The translations under genes were made by a program, and so were the position numbers. From Anaerococcus sp. (GTDB taxonomy: Bacteria > Bacillota > Clostridia > Tissierellales > Peptoniphilaceae), in assembly GCF_022770135.1 (NCBI RefSeq), contig NZ_JALEIL010000107.1:1-45436 (forward strand): a stretch of 45,436 nt of DNA, read 5' to 3'. Shown piece after piece: positions 8,913 through 17,693 of the stretch (position 1 is the first letter of the stretch; every line of letters starts with the position of its first letter). The notes below the pieces were generated by a model. That model saw only the letters and a list, made by a program, of their open reading frames with translations, was not told where the DNA came from and did not search any database.

Positions 8913-8942
8913 TCTGCAACAGCCTCTATTGCTTGTGGTTTT

Positions 8943-10709
8943 TTATTGGTAGTATTTAGCCTGGGATTTAAATAGTTTGGAGTAGGTGTTGTCGTATTGC
9001 ATTAGATTTTCGTGGGTGTCGTAGGCTGCTATTTTTCCTTCGTCTAGGAGGAGGATTTTGTCGGTGAATCTTGACGAGCTCATCCTGTGGGAGATGAATA
9101 TTACAGTCTTACCCTTAGTCATATCGTTAAATTCCTCGTAGATTTTAGCTTCTGCTAAGGGATCAAGGCTTGCTGTCGGCTCATCTAGGATGATTAGGTC
9201 GGGATCTTGGTAAAGGCACCTAGCTATGGCAAGCTTTTGCTTTTGACCTAGGGATAGGTCAGTTGCTTTTTCGTAGATGTCCTTATTCATATAGGTATCA
9301 AGGCCATATTCTAAATCAGCTATCTTTCTATCGAGACCTAGCTCTTTTAGAATTTCGTCTGTTTTTTCCTTCTTGTAAGCCTTATTTCCTATTATATTTT
9401 CCTTGATTGTAAAAGGCATGATGGAAAAATCCTGAAAAACGGCAGACACTTTTCTATAGAGAGACTTCTTATCGATATCTTTGATATTTTCTCCATTGTA
9501 GAGGATCTCTCCCTTATTTATTTCATAAAATCTTGTTATTAACTTTACTAGGGTAGTCTTTCCGGCGTTATTTACTCCAACTATGGAGATTTTCTCGCCC
9601 TTTTTTATCGTAAATGAAATATCATCGAGGATTTGCCTGTCACTTCCTGGATAGGCAAAGCTTACATTTCTAAACTCAAGGCTTTCGAAATCCCCTGCCT
9701 TTTTATTTTTTATTTCACTAGAGCCTTCTAGATTTATAAAATCATAAAGGGGGATGAGGTTGGCAAGGCTTAGGATAAAGTCGCCTGTTTCGGTAAACAT
9801 GTCCTGGAAGGCCTTCATAAAGTTTTCGTTAGCTGAAATTATTAGTGAAAACTCGCCGAAAGTAATCTGTGGACCATAGGATGCTGATAGGGTCCTCATT
9901 GCCACATAGGTGTAGGAGATAAATCTTAGGATAGTTTCTAAAAATATTTTGATAGCACTCATGTTTGCCTCATAGGCATATCTCTTGTTAAATTCATTAA
10001 GCATCTTTCTAAGGTAGCCTGTGACCTTTGAGTTTATCAAGTCTCCTAGGTCATAGACTCTTATTTCTTTTTGATAATGAGGTCCACCCATAAGGGAGAA
10101 ATAGTAGGAGAATCTCCTATTTATATCTACAATTTCTAAGTCAAATTTTCTGGTATAGGCAGATTCTTTGAAGCTCGTTACAATTATCAGTAAAGAAATT
10201 CCTATAGAAAAAGCAACTAGGTAAGGGGAGAAATTTATTATAATTATTGCTGTAGCAAGCATGGTTGAAATACTTGTTATTATTTCTCTAAGACACCACA
10301 AGAGATTATGTATTGATCCCATATTGATGGCTGCATTGGCCTTTTCCTTTAGGTCTAGGGTGTGAGGATTTTCTATATTTTCGTAAGATAGGTCCATGGC
10401 TTTTTTGGCAAGCTCAAAGGTTAGGTAGTCATTTATTCCCTGGCGTCTTACAAATTCTTCCCTGCTAGATACCCTGGCAACTATCTCTAGGAGGATTTTT
10501 CCTAGAACTAAGAAGCTTACAAGCCTTGCAAAATCTGGGATAGGTCTGGGATTGGTGATTTGATTGATAAAAATCATTGGCACAAAGATATCTACCAGGC
10601 TCTTTGCCGAATTAATTAGGGCGTTGAGGAGGATAATTATTAGATAGATGGGATCATTTCTCCCAATGATTTTGGCAAATAGCCATAGGGCTTTAAATTT
10701 ATTTTTCAT
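8943..10709 (-). CDS. ABC exporter half-transporter (TMD+NBD), degenerate signature
   Basis: Walker A GVNNAGKT, signature LSLGQ, LDEPT, ISHR; N-terminal TM domain. Confidence 0.92.
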   Translation of the reverse strand: MKNKFKALWLFAKIIGRNDPIYLIIILLNALINSAKSLVDIFVPMIFINQITNPRPIPDFARLVSFLVLGKILLEIVARVSSREEFVRRQGINDYLTFELAKKAMDLSYENIENPHTLDLKEKANAAINMGSIHNLLWCLREIITSISTMLATAIIIINFSPYLVAFSIGISLLIIVTSFKESAYTRKFDLEIVDINRRFSYYFSLMGGPHYQKEIRVYDLGDLINSKVTGYLRKMLNEFNKRYAYEANMSAIKIFLETILRFISYTYVAMRTLSASYGPQITFGEFSLIISANENFMKAFQDMFTETGDFILSLANLIPLYDFINLEGSSEIKNKKAGDFESLEFRNVSFAYPGSDRQILDDISFTIKKGEKISIVGVNNAGKTTLVKLITRFYEINKGEILYNGENIKDIDKKSLYRKVSAVFQDFSIMPFTIKENIIGNKAYKKEKTDEILKELGLDRKIADLEYGLDTYMNKDIYEKATDLSLGQKQKLAIARCLYQDPDLIILDEPTASLDPLAEAKIYEEFNDMTKGKTVIFISHRMSSSRFTDKILLLDEGKIAAYDTHENLMQYDNTYSKLFKSQAKYYQ

Positions 10710-12567
10710 TAGCTTCCTCCTTGTAGTATTTTCTTTGAGATTCGTACATTTCTTTATAGAGTCCGTTTTTAGCTAAGAGCTCTTCATGACTGCCGATTTC
10801 TCTTATCTTTCCGCCATCGAGAAGCATAATTTTATCGCAGAATCTGGTTGAAGCTAGCCTGTGGGAGATAAAAATCAGGGTCTTTCCCTCGCTTATCTTT
10901 TCTAAGTCCCTGTAGATTTTCTCCTCGGCTAGTGCATCGAGGGCAGCTGTTGGCTCATCCATGATAAGGGCTTTGGCATCTGTCCTATAAATAGAACGGG
11001 CTATGGCAAGCTTTTGGTTTTCTCCTCCAGAAAATAGTGTTCCATCCTCGTGGATATTTCTAGTCATTTCGGTGTCTATGCCCTTAGGAAGCTGGTCGAG
11101 CTTGTAGGAAAGGCCCGCCTTATTTATCGCTTCTATTACTTTTTTCCTATCGATATTCTTATCAGTCCCTGCCACATTTTCTGCAATAGATACGGAAAGA
11201 GGCTCTACATTTTGAAGGACTGTGGCGAAGGCTTTAAATCTTTCCTTAAGGTCAAGCTCATCGGCATTTATCCCATTTATTAAAATCTCACCTTCAGTCG
11301 GCTTATATAGACCCAGGATTAGGGAAACTATGGTAGACTTGCCAGCTCCATTTACCCCAACTATGGCGACTTTCTCTTTTTCTTTAATGCTAAAGGAGAG
11401 ATCATCTAGGACCTTTTTACTAGAAAGAGGGTAAGAAAAGGACACATTTCTAAATTCTATTGCCAAAGGACCTCTAAGCTTCTTATCTCCACAAGTTGAC
11501 TCTAAGTCATCTCTTATCATATCAAAGCCGTCTCCTACATACATGAGATTGGCCCTGGTTTGGGCTAGATTTGTCACAAGGGCAAGGGATACCTTGCTTA
11601 GAATTGCCACGGAAGTAATCATTAGGGTAAGATCCTTGAGACTTATCTCATGAGAGATGATTTTTCCAGTCAAGAAATAATAACAAATTGCCTCTATCCC
11701 AACCATGGCTATGGCAAGGATAGGAGATAAGAGTATCTCAGGTTTGATGAAAACTCTAGAAATTCTTACTACATCAGCTACTAGGGGATTAAATCCTTCG
11801 ATAAATCTTTCCTTGAAGGAGAAAATCCTAATATCCTTGGCAAAGCGAAAGTCGCTAGCTTCACTATAAAAAGAAGAAGTCTTTCTCCTTACCTTGTTAA
11901 GCTCTCCTGTATGCTCGTGCCTATATTTATCAGTATAGTTTCTAACTACAAGTTGGACTAGGATAGAAACTAGGGCAAAGACACAGATTAGGGGATTAAG
12001 CCTTGCCATAATTACTGAAATTACGACAAAGGAAACTATGCTTGAAAGGAGGGGATACATATCGTGATAAATCCCCTCAAGACCCTGGCTGTTGTTAGAA
12101 AAGGGCTCAAAGCCTCTAGTAAATTCTCCCATAAAAAGGGAATTTTCCCCAAGACCATAGTCCATTTTCATTATAGTTCCGGTAGCCTCTACAAAGAAAT
12201 TAAGCCTAGTATCCATATAGGTTGGATAAGTTTTACGTTCGATTTGCATAGAAATCAAAGAAAAGGCGAAAATTACAAGGCTATAGGCTGTGATTGTAAG
12301 AATCATAGTCCTAAGATTGCTACCTTTATTTATAAGATCTACCAAATAATACATTATAAAGGCTTGTAAGATAGGTATCAGTCCATTTACAAAAGGATAG
12401 ATCAGTAAGGAAAGTTTAATCTTTAAGTTATCCTTGAAGGGGGCATAGGCTATGCGTAAAAGTTTGAAATTAGATAACTTGTTTCTCCTCAAATAGGCCT
12501 TTATCCTCTCTTCTGAATTTAAGTTTTGGGCGAGATTTTCTCTTAGATTTTCATTCCTTGCTGTCAT
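10699..12567 (-). CDS. ABC exporter half-transporter (TMD+NBD)
   Basis: GVNGAGKS, FSGGENQK, MDEPT, ISHR; overlaps both neighbours. Confidence 0.92.
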   Translation of the reverse strand: MTARNENLRENLAQNLNSEERIKAYLRRNKLSNFKLLRIAYAPFKDNLKIKLSLLIYPFVNGLIPILQAFIMYYLVDLINKGSNLRTMILTITAYSLVIFAFSLISMQIERKTYPTYMDTRLNFFVEATGTIMKMDYGLGENSLFMGEFTRGFEPFSNNSQGLEGIYHDMYPLLSSIVSFVVISVIMARLNPLICVFALVSILVQLVVRNYTDKYRHEHTGELNKVRRKTSSFYSEASDFRFAKDIRIFSFKERFIEGFNPLVADVVRISRVFIKPEILLSPILAIAMVGIEAICYYFLTGKIISHEISLKDLTLMITSVAILSKVSLALVTNLAQTRANLMYVGDGFDMIRDDLESTCGDKKLRGPLAIEFRNVSFSYPLSSKKVLDDLSFSIKEKEKVAIVGVNGAGKSTIVSLILGLYKPTEGEILINGINADELDLKERFKAFATVLQNVEPLSVSIAENVAGTDKNIDRKKVIEAINKAGLSYKLDQLPKGIDTEMTRNIHEDGTLFSGGENQKLAIARSIYRTDAKALIMDEPTAALDALAEEKIYRDLEKISEGKTLIFISHRLASTRFCDKIMLLDGGKIREIGSHEELLAKNGLYKEMYESQRKYYKEEANEK

Positions 12568-13750
12568 GATTTTCCTCCCTTATATTTTTACAAAAATCAT
12601 TAAGGTCATCTATAATTTTCTTAAAGCCAGGCTTTCTCAAATAGTAATAAGTCCTCCTACCCTCTATATAAGCACCTACAAAGCCACAAACATGGAGCTG
12701 ACTTAGGTGGTAGGAGAGGGTGGCAGGGGTAATGAAAAGCCTATCGGAAAGCTCCTTGGAATAATAGGACTTTTCCATAAGTAAATCGAGGATATCAATC
12801 CTGGTAGGATCTCCCAAAACCTTTAGATACTGGCTTAAAAGTTTTAGCTTCCCTACGTTTTTCTTCTCCTTATCTGCAAAGATACCAAACTTTATGAAGG
12901 CAAAGTCGTTATCTTCTGACATATATTGAATCATTTCCATATTAGGAGCTATGATAAGACTATAAACATTAAGGTGAGACTCTATTTTATTTAGAAGAGG
13001 ATTTATACCTACTTGATCACTGAGATCTCTTAAAATCTTGAAGTTATCTTCTTCCAGATGGTCAAAATGCTCATTGAGGTCGCCCTCAATCAAGGGGAGA
13101 TTTTTCTTTATTATCTCGCAAAGCTTATTAAGCAGAGGCACGAGCCTATCGTAGATGGATCTAGTATTTGTAGAAGATCTTACAAGTTCCATAGAAAGCT
13201 CATCCCTATAGGGAAGCTTAGACAAAAGATATGGAAAATCTCTTTTAAGAAGCTTCTTTTTAGAATCGATTAGACTCTTTAAATCCTTATGATTCTCATC
13301 GCTTATCTCAACTCCCATACATTTTAGGAAGCAAAAATCATAAACTTCCTTAAAACGTTCATAGGTCAATTCTTCTAGGTCAAAAATATTGAGATTTTGG
13401 AAGATCCCTGCAAAAAAGGGCAGATAATTCTCGTCATTTTCGGTAAAGATATAAAAAAGATTTAGTATATCTGAATTTTGTCCAGTGAAGAAGTCTTCTA
13501 AGTAGGGAAAGGCCTCAGTCTTAACCTTCTTTATAAAATCAACATAAGCCTTTTCGGAAGAAAAGACATCCTCGATAGAGATAAGCATCCAATCTTTTGA
13601 GAAAGTAAAGCCGGGATAGGCGACATCAAAGCTGTATTGGCCTTTGTTTGAGGCGGCTAGCCAATTTGTATAGTAATAGATGACAAGACCTGCCTCATTT
13701 ACGAGAAGGGGCTTTCTTATTAGCTTAAATTTCTTTGAAGTATCTTTCAT
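12551..13750 (-). CDS. Transcription regulator with large N-terminal domain and C-terminal ArsR/SmtB winged HTH
   Basis: LKVLGDPTRIDILDLL...ELSDRLFITPATLSYHLSQL...GRRTYY near the C-terminus. Confidence 0.85.
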   Translation of the reverse strand: MKDTSKKFKLIRKPLLVNEAGLVIYYYTNWLAASNKGQYSFDVAYPGFTFSKDWMLISIEDVFSSEKAYVDFIKKVKTEAFPYLEDFFTGQNSDILNLFYIFTENDENYLPFFAGIFQNLNIFDLEELTYERFKEVYDFCFLKCMGVEISDENHKDLKSLIDSKKKLLKRDFPYLLSKLPYRDELSMELVRSSTNTRSIYDRLVPLLNKLCEIIKKNLPLIEGDLNEHFDHLEEDNFKILRDLSDQVGINPLLNKIESHLNVYSLIIAPNMEMIQYMSEDNDFAFIKFGIFADKEKKNVGKLKLLSQYLKVLGDPTRIDILDLLMEKSYYSKELSDRLFITPATLSYHLSQLHVCGFVGAYIEGRRTYYYLRKPGFKKIIDDLNDFCKNIREENHDSKE

Positions 13751-13763
13751 GCTGACTCCTTTA

Positions 13764-13872
13764 TTAGATTTATATCTAAGTATAATAAATAGATTAGAAA
13801 TATATTTGATTAATTTAATTATAGATCAATTACTATCTAATATCAATAGGTTAATGTTCGATATTAATCTAA
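13764..13872. promoter_or_regulatory. Array of TTAGA-N6-TCTAA-like operator boxes
   Basis: TTAGATTTATATCTAA (13764), TTAGAAATATATTTGA (13794), ATCAATTACTATCTAA (13825), TTCGATATTAATCTAA (13857). Confidence 0.55.
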
Positions 13873-13873
13873 T

Positions 13874-13899
13874 AAAAAAGAGCAGCCTAAGCTACTCTT
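13874..13899 (-). terminator. Intrinsic terminator after the acetyltransferase
   Basis: Minus strand AAGAGTAGC-TTAG-GCTGCTC-TTTTTT. Confidence 0.75.
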
Positions 13900-13954
13900 A
13901 TCTTCCATCAGATGTCGATATAATTATGATTCTATTTTAATTTTCTTTTGAAAA

Positions 13955-14566
13955 TTATACTTCTAAGCCAGGATTTTCCTTATATTCCCATAGATTTTCC
14001 CTATCTTTCTCTGTAATTTTCCTAACTACTTTACAAGGATTGCCGAAGGCGAGAGAGCCATCTGGTATGTCTTTGTTTACAAGGCTTCCTGCTCCTATAA
14101 CCACATTTGAGCCAATCTTAACTCCAGGAAGGACTGTGACATTAGCCCCAAACCAGACATCATCGCCAACCGTGATAGGATGGGCGTATTCGAGCCCTTC
14201 ATTTCTCCTTTCCTTATCGATAGGATGGCCTGCTGTCGAAAAGGTGCAAGATGTAGCGATAAAGACATTGTCGCCAAATGTCACCTTGTTACCGTCGAGT
14301 ATTATTAGATTGTGATTGGCGTAGAAATTCTCTCCAACAGATATATTGTAGCCATAGTCACAATAAAAGGGAGGGGTAAGGTAGAAATTTCCCTTAGTTT
14401 TGATCTTAAGTTCACCGATAATTTTTCTTAATTTATCCTCATCTGAGGGAAGGGTCGTATTGTATTTAAAGCAAAGGTCCTTGGCCTTTAATCTTTCTGC
14501 CGCAAGCTTTCTGTTATAATTTGCGTCATAGAGCTTGCCTTTAAGCATTTTTTCTTTTTCTGTCAT
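13955..14566 (-). CDS. maa: Maltose/galactoside O-acetyltransferase (hexapeptide repeat)
   Basis: MTEKEKMLKG, PPFYCDYGYNI, ITVGDDVWFG, VIGAGSLVNKDIP, GNPCKVVR. Confidence 0.88.
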   Translation of the reverse strand: MTEKEKMLKGKLYDANYNRKLAAERLKAKDLCFKYNTTLPSDEDKLRKIIGELKIKTKGNFYLTPPFYCDYGYNISVGENFYANHNLIILDGNKVTFGDNVFIATSCTFSTAGHPIDKERRNEGLEYAHPITVGDDVWFGANVTVLPGVKIGSNVVIGAGSLVNKDIPDGSLAFGNPCKVVRKITEKDRENLWEYKENPGLEV

Positions 14567-14608
14567 TTTTATCCTTTATTTATAAAATATTTCAGTTCTT
14601 ATCTTATT

Positions 14609-14632
14609 AAAAAAGCAGACCTAAGGCCTGCT
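14609..14632 (-). terminator. tyrS terminator
   Basis: Minus strand AGCAGGCC-TTA-GGTCTGC-TTTTTT. Confidence 0.75.
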
Positions 14633-14637
14633 CTTAT

Positions 14638-15888
14638 CTAGGCAAGTTCAACTTTGTGGAAGTTTTTCTTACCCTTTTTGATTATTATTCTTCCGTCCTC
14701 GAAGAGATCTTCTGTGACTTCTATACTTGGATCTGTTACTTTCTCATCATTGATGGAAACACCACCTTGCTTGATGATTCTTCTTGCTTCACCATTTGAC
14801 TTGGTTAGGCCTGTTTCAGTCATTAGGATTAGAAGTCCCTTTGGTAGGTCAGATTTTGCAATTTGTGTTGTTGGCATTGCACTTTCGTCGCCTTTTCCGG
14901 TAAAGAGGGCCTTAGCTGCAGCGATTGCCTCGTCTGCTTTTTCCTTGCCATGAACGAGTTTTACTACCTCGTAGGCTAGAATTTCTTTGGCCTTGTTGAT
15001 ATCAGCTGCGTCTTTCGCAGATCCAAGCCTTCTGCATTCTTCGGTTGGAAGGAAGGTAAGTTGGAGGAGGAATTTCTCTACGTCCCTATCATCCACATTT
15101 CTCATGTATTGGTACATTTCGTATGGGCTGGTCTTCTTTTCATCAAGCCATACAGCTCCCTTTTGAGATTTGCCCATCTTCACTCCATCTGCAGTTGTAA
15201 GGAGGGAGAAGGTCATACCGTAAGCTTGGCCGTCTTCGTGCTTTTTGATTAGGTCAACTCCACCTATGATGTTGGACCATTGGTCAGATCCTCCCATTTC
15301 AAGCTTGACCCCATCTTCCCTGTACATCTTAAGGAAGTCGTAAGATTGGAGTAGCATGTAGGAGAATTCGAAAAATGTAAGACCACCTGCTGCCATTCTG
15401 TTCTTGTAGGCATCCTTTTTGATCATTTCATTAACCAAGAACTCGCTTCCTACATCTCTTAGAAAATCCACGAAGTTTAGGTCAAGGAGCCAGTCTTTGT
15501 TGTTTAACATAGTAGCTCCACCATCGGAGAAGTCTAAGAATCTTTGGAATTGACTGTAGAAGCATTCTGCATTGTGATCGATCATCTCTTCTGTCATGAC
15601 CTTTCTCATATCGCTTCTTCCTGAAGGGTCTCCTATTAGGGTAGTTCCTCCACCAAGAAGGGCAACAGGTCTGTGGCCGTAGTTTTGCATACGCATCATT
15701 ACCATAATTTGGATAAGGTGGCCCACGGTTAGGGAATCTGCTGTAGCGTCAAATCCACAGTAGAATTTAACTGATTCTTCCTTTAGTAGTTTCTTAAGTT
15801 CTTCCTCGTTGGTTGCTTGTTCGTAGTAGCCACGATCTACAAGCTCATCGAAAACATTGTCGTATTCTTTTTCGTAAGTAAATTTCAT
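14638..15888 (-). CDS. tyrS: Tyrosine--tRNA ligase
   Basis: YCGFDATADSLTVGH, IGDPSGRS, GGSDQWSNI, KMGKS, C-terminal S4 domain (GKKNFH). Confidence 0.96.
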   Translation of the reverse strand: MKFTYEKEYDNVFDELVDRGYYEQATNEEELKKLLKEESVKFYCGFDATADSLTVGHLIQIMVMMRMQNYGHRPVALLGGGTTLIGDPSGRSDMRKVMTEEMIDHNAECFYSQFQRFLDFSDGGATMLNNKDWLLDLNFVDFLRDVGSEFLVNEMIKKDAYKNRMAAGGLTFFEFSYMLLQSYDFLKMYREDGVKLEMGGSDQWSNIIGGVDLIKKHEDGQAYGMTFSLLTTADGVKMGKSQKGAVWLDEKKTSPYEMYQYMRNVDDRDVEKFLLQLTFLPTEECRRLGSAKDAADINKAKEILAYEVVKLVHGKEKADEAIAAAKALFTGKGDESAMPTTQIAKSDLPKGLLILMTETGLTKSNGEARRIIKQGGVSINDEKVTDPSIEVTEDLFEDGRIIIKKGKKNFHKVELA

Positions 15889-15919
15889 TTATTTTCCTTT
15901 CTATTTTAAAATTAGGTAC

Positions 15920-16068
15920 AAAAAAAGAGCATAAAAGCGCAACGAATGCGGTACCAGCTTTTTTTATACTCAGGGCCTAGGATAGACTCTAGGCAGGTCT
16001 TAAACAAAATGAAGTGTAATTCGCTATCCCTAAGGATAACTACTGGGTTTCATTGTAAGTTTTATTCT
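15920..16068 (-). promoter_or_regulatory. Atypical short T-box riboswitch, specifier UAC (Tyr)
   Basis: Stem I 16004-16056 with AGTA/GAA and TAC at 16018-16016; pseudoknot 15975-16000; antiterminator AAAGC-TGGTACC-GCA-TTCGT-TGC-GCTTT; U7 tract at 15926-15920. Confidence 0.82.
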
Positions 16069-16074
16069 TTATAC

Positions 16075-16103
16075 AGTATACACGGTCTTAAACTTAAAAG
16101 CAA
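16075..16103 (-). promoter_or_regulatory. tyrS promoter
   Basis: TTGCTT (16103-16098), 17 bp, TATACT (16080-16075). Confidence 0.7.
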
Positions 16104-16123
16104 GCCCCAGATAGCTAGGGCCT
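16096..16123 (-). terminator. Terminator of the AGCS symporter gene
   Basis: Minus strand AGGCCCTAG-CTAT-CTGGGGCTT-GCTTTT; overlaps the tyrS -35. Confidence 0.6.
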
Positions 16124-16131
16124 GCCTCAGT

Positions 16132-17511
16132 TTATAAGTGATATTCTTTATCTCTTTTCCAAACTGGATTTTCTTTTCCTTCTTTAAGTTGCTTTTGGTA
16201 GTCCTCTAATATTCCTTTTACATCTTTAAATAGGAAGACTAGGCTTATAACGTTGATAAAGACTACTATTCCTACAAAGACATCGATAAAGCCCCATACG
16301 AGCTCTAGGTCCATTTGAGTTGCTACTAAAAACATGATAAAGGCAATTATCCTATAAATCCAAAGAGGGATTTTGTATTTTTCTTTAAATATTAATCTTA
16401 CATTGCTCTCACCATAGAAGAGATCTGCTATTAGTGTTGTAAAGCCAAACATTAGCATGGCGAAAAACACTAGCCATCTGCCAGGAACTCCCAGGATGCT
16501 TTGGAAGGCGTCTTGGACTAGATTGATTCCTACACCACTATCAGGATTGCCTACAACTCCTGTTAGAAGTAGGGCGAAGGCTGATAGGGAGCAGATTATG
16601 ATTGTTGTAACAAAGGTACCAAACATTCCAAGAAATCCTTGTTCTGCTGGGTGGTCTACGTCTGCTGCCGCGTGCATTATACCTGCTATACCATTTCCAG
16701 CATCGTTTGAGAAAAGTCCTCTAGCAACACCTTGTCTAAAGGCACCCATTACTGTGTGGCCTACCATTCCACCGAGGGCTGCCTGAGGCTTAAAGGCACT
16801 TGTAAAAATCATTCCTATAACAGCTGGAAATTTGCTGATATGAGTAATGATAATTACTAAAACTACAATTATATAAGCAAGGGCCATTACTGGAACGACC
16901 TTTGATGAAAAGTCAGTAAGTCTTTTAACTCCACCGATGGTGATGATAAAGGCAGCTATGGTAACGGCAATTCCAGGAATAATTGGGTTTAGGTTAACAA
17001 CTCCTGTAAAGGCCTGGCTAATTGAGTTTGATTGCATAAAGGCTATACAAAGACCAACTCCCAATATGTAAAAGAAAGCTGTGATTATTCCCATAAACCT
17101 AGATTTAAGACCGAATTGCACATAATAGCTTGGTCCTCCCCTGTAGGAACCGTCTTCTATCTTTACCCTGTAGATTTGTCCTAGGACAGTTTCTGCAAAT
17201 GTGATTACCATACCCAAAAGTGCTGTAATCCACATCCAAAATACAGCTCCAGGTCCACCCAAGCTTATGGCTGTAGCCACTCCTACAAGTGAGCCTGTTC
17301 CAACCTGTCCTCCGACTGCTGTTGCAAGGGCTGCAAATCCACTTACTCCGTCACTTGTCTTAAGATTCTTCTTGATAACTTTTTTGATTAAGCGTGCATG
17401 TCTAAATTGTGGAAAGCCTAGTCTTATGGAATAGTAGAGTCCTACTGCCAAAAGCACATATCCTATAACGTTTGCCCACATAAAGTCAGCTGCTCGTAAT
17501 ATAAAATCCAT
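16132..17511 (-). CDS. Alanine/glycine:cation symporter (AGCS family)
   Basis: GVSGFAALATAVGGQVGTG, GGPGAVFWMW, RGGPSYY, GVARGLFSNDAG. Confidence 0.92.
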   Translation of the reverse strand: MDFILRAADFMWANVIGYVLLAVGLYYSIRLGFPQFRHARLIKKVIKKNLKTSDGVSGFAALATAVGGQVGTGSLVGVATAISLGGPGAVFWMWITALLGMVITFAETVLGQIYRVKIEDGSYRGGPSYYVQFGLKSRFMGIITAFFYILGVGLCIAFMQSNSISQAFTGVVNLNPIIPGIAVTIAAFIITIGGVKRLTDFSSKVVPVMALAYIIVVLVIIITHISKFPAVIGMIFTSAFKPQAALGGMVGHTVMGAFRQGVARGLFSNDAGNGIAGIMHAAADVDHPAEQGFLGMFGTFVTTIIICSLSAFALLLTGVVGNPDSGVGINLVQDAFQSILGVPGRWLVFFAMLMFGFTTLIADLFYGESNVRLIFKEKYKIPLWIYRIIAFIMFLVATQMDLELVWGFIDVFVGIVVFINVISLVFLFKDVKGILEDYQKQLKEGKENPVWKRDKEYHL

Positions 17512-17556
17512 TTTTCCTCCTTTTGTATTATGTAAATATAAACATATTTTCTATTA

Positions 17557-17581
17557 AATACGACATTGTCGTATTATACCA
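17557..17581 (-). promoter_or_regulatory. Extended -10 promoter with overlapping perfect palindrome
   Basis: TGgTATAAT on minus strand (17581-17573); AATACGACA-T-TGTCGTATT (17557-17575). Confidence 0.6.
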
Positions 17582-17693
17582 GATAATTATGTATTTGATA
17601 AGTTTTTTACAATATTAATTCCTAAAAATGATTTTTGGCATGATTTGAAGTATCATAAAGCTAGTATAATCGAAAGATTAAGAAAGGACTATT

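Noticed and set aside
15946-16137. 63-aa plus-strand ORF
   Set aside because: It is antisense to the tyrS T-box, promoter and upstream terminator.
17580-17693. T-box or S-box leader for metG
   Set aside because: The intergenic region is short and AT-rich with no TGGNACC bulge, terminator or SAM-I motifs.
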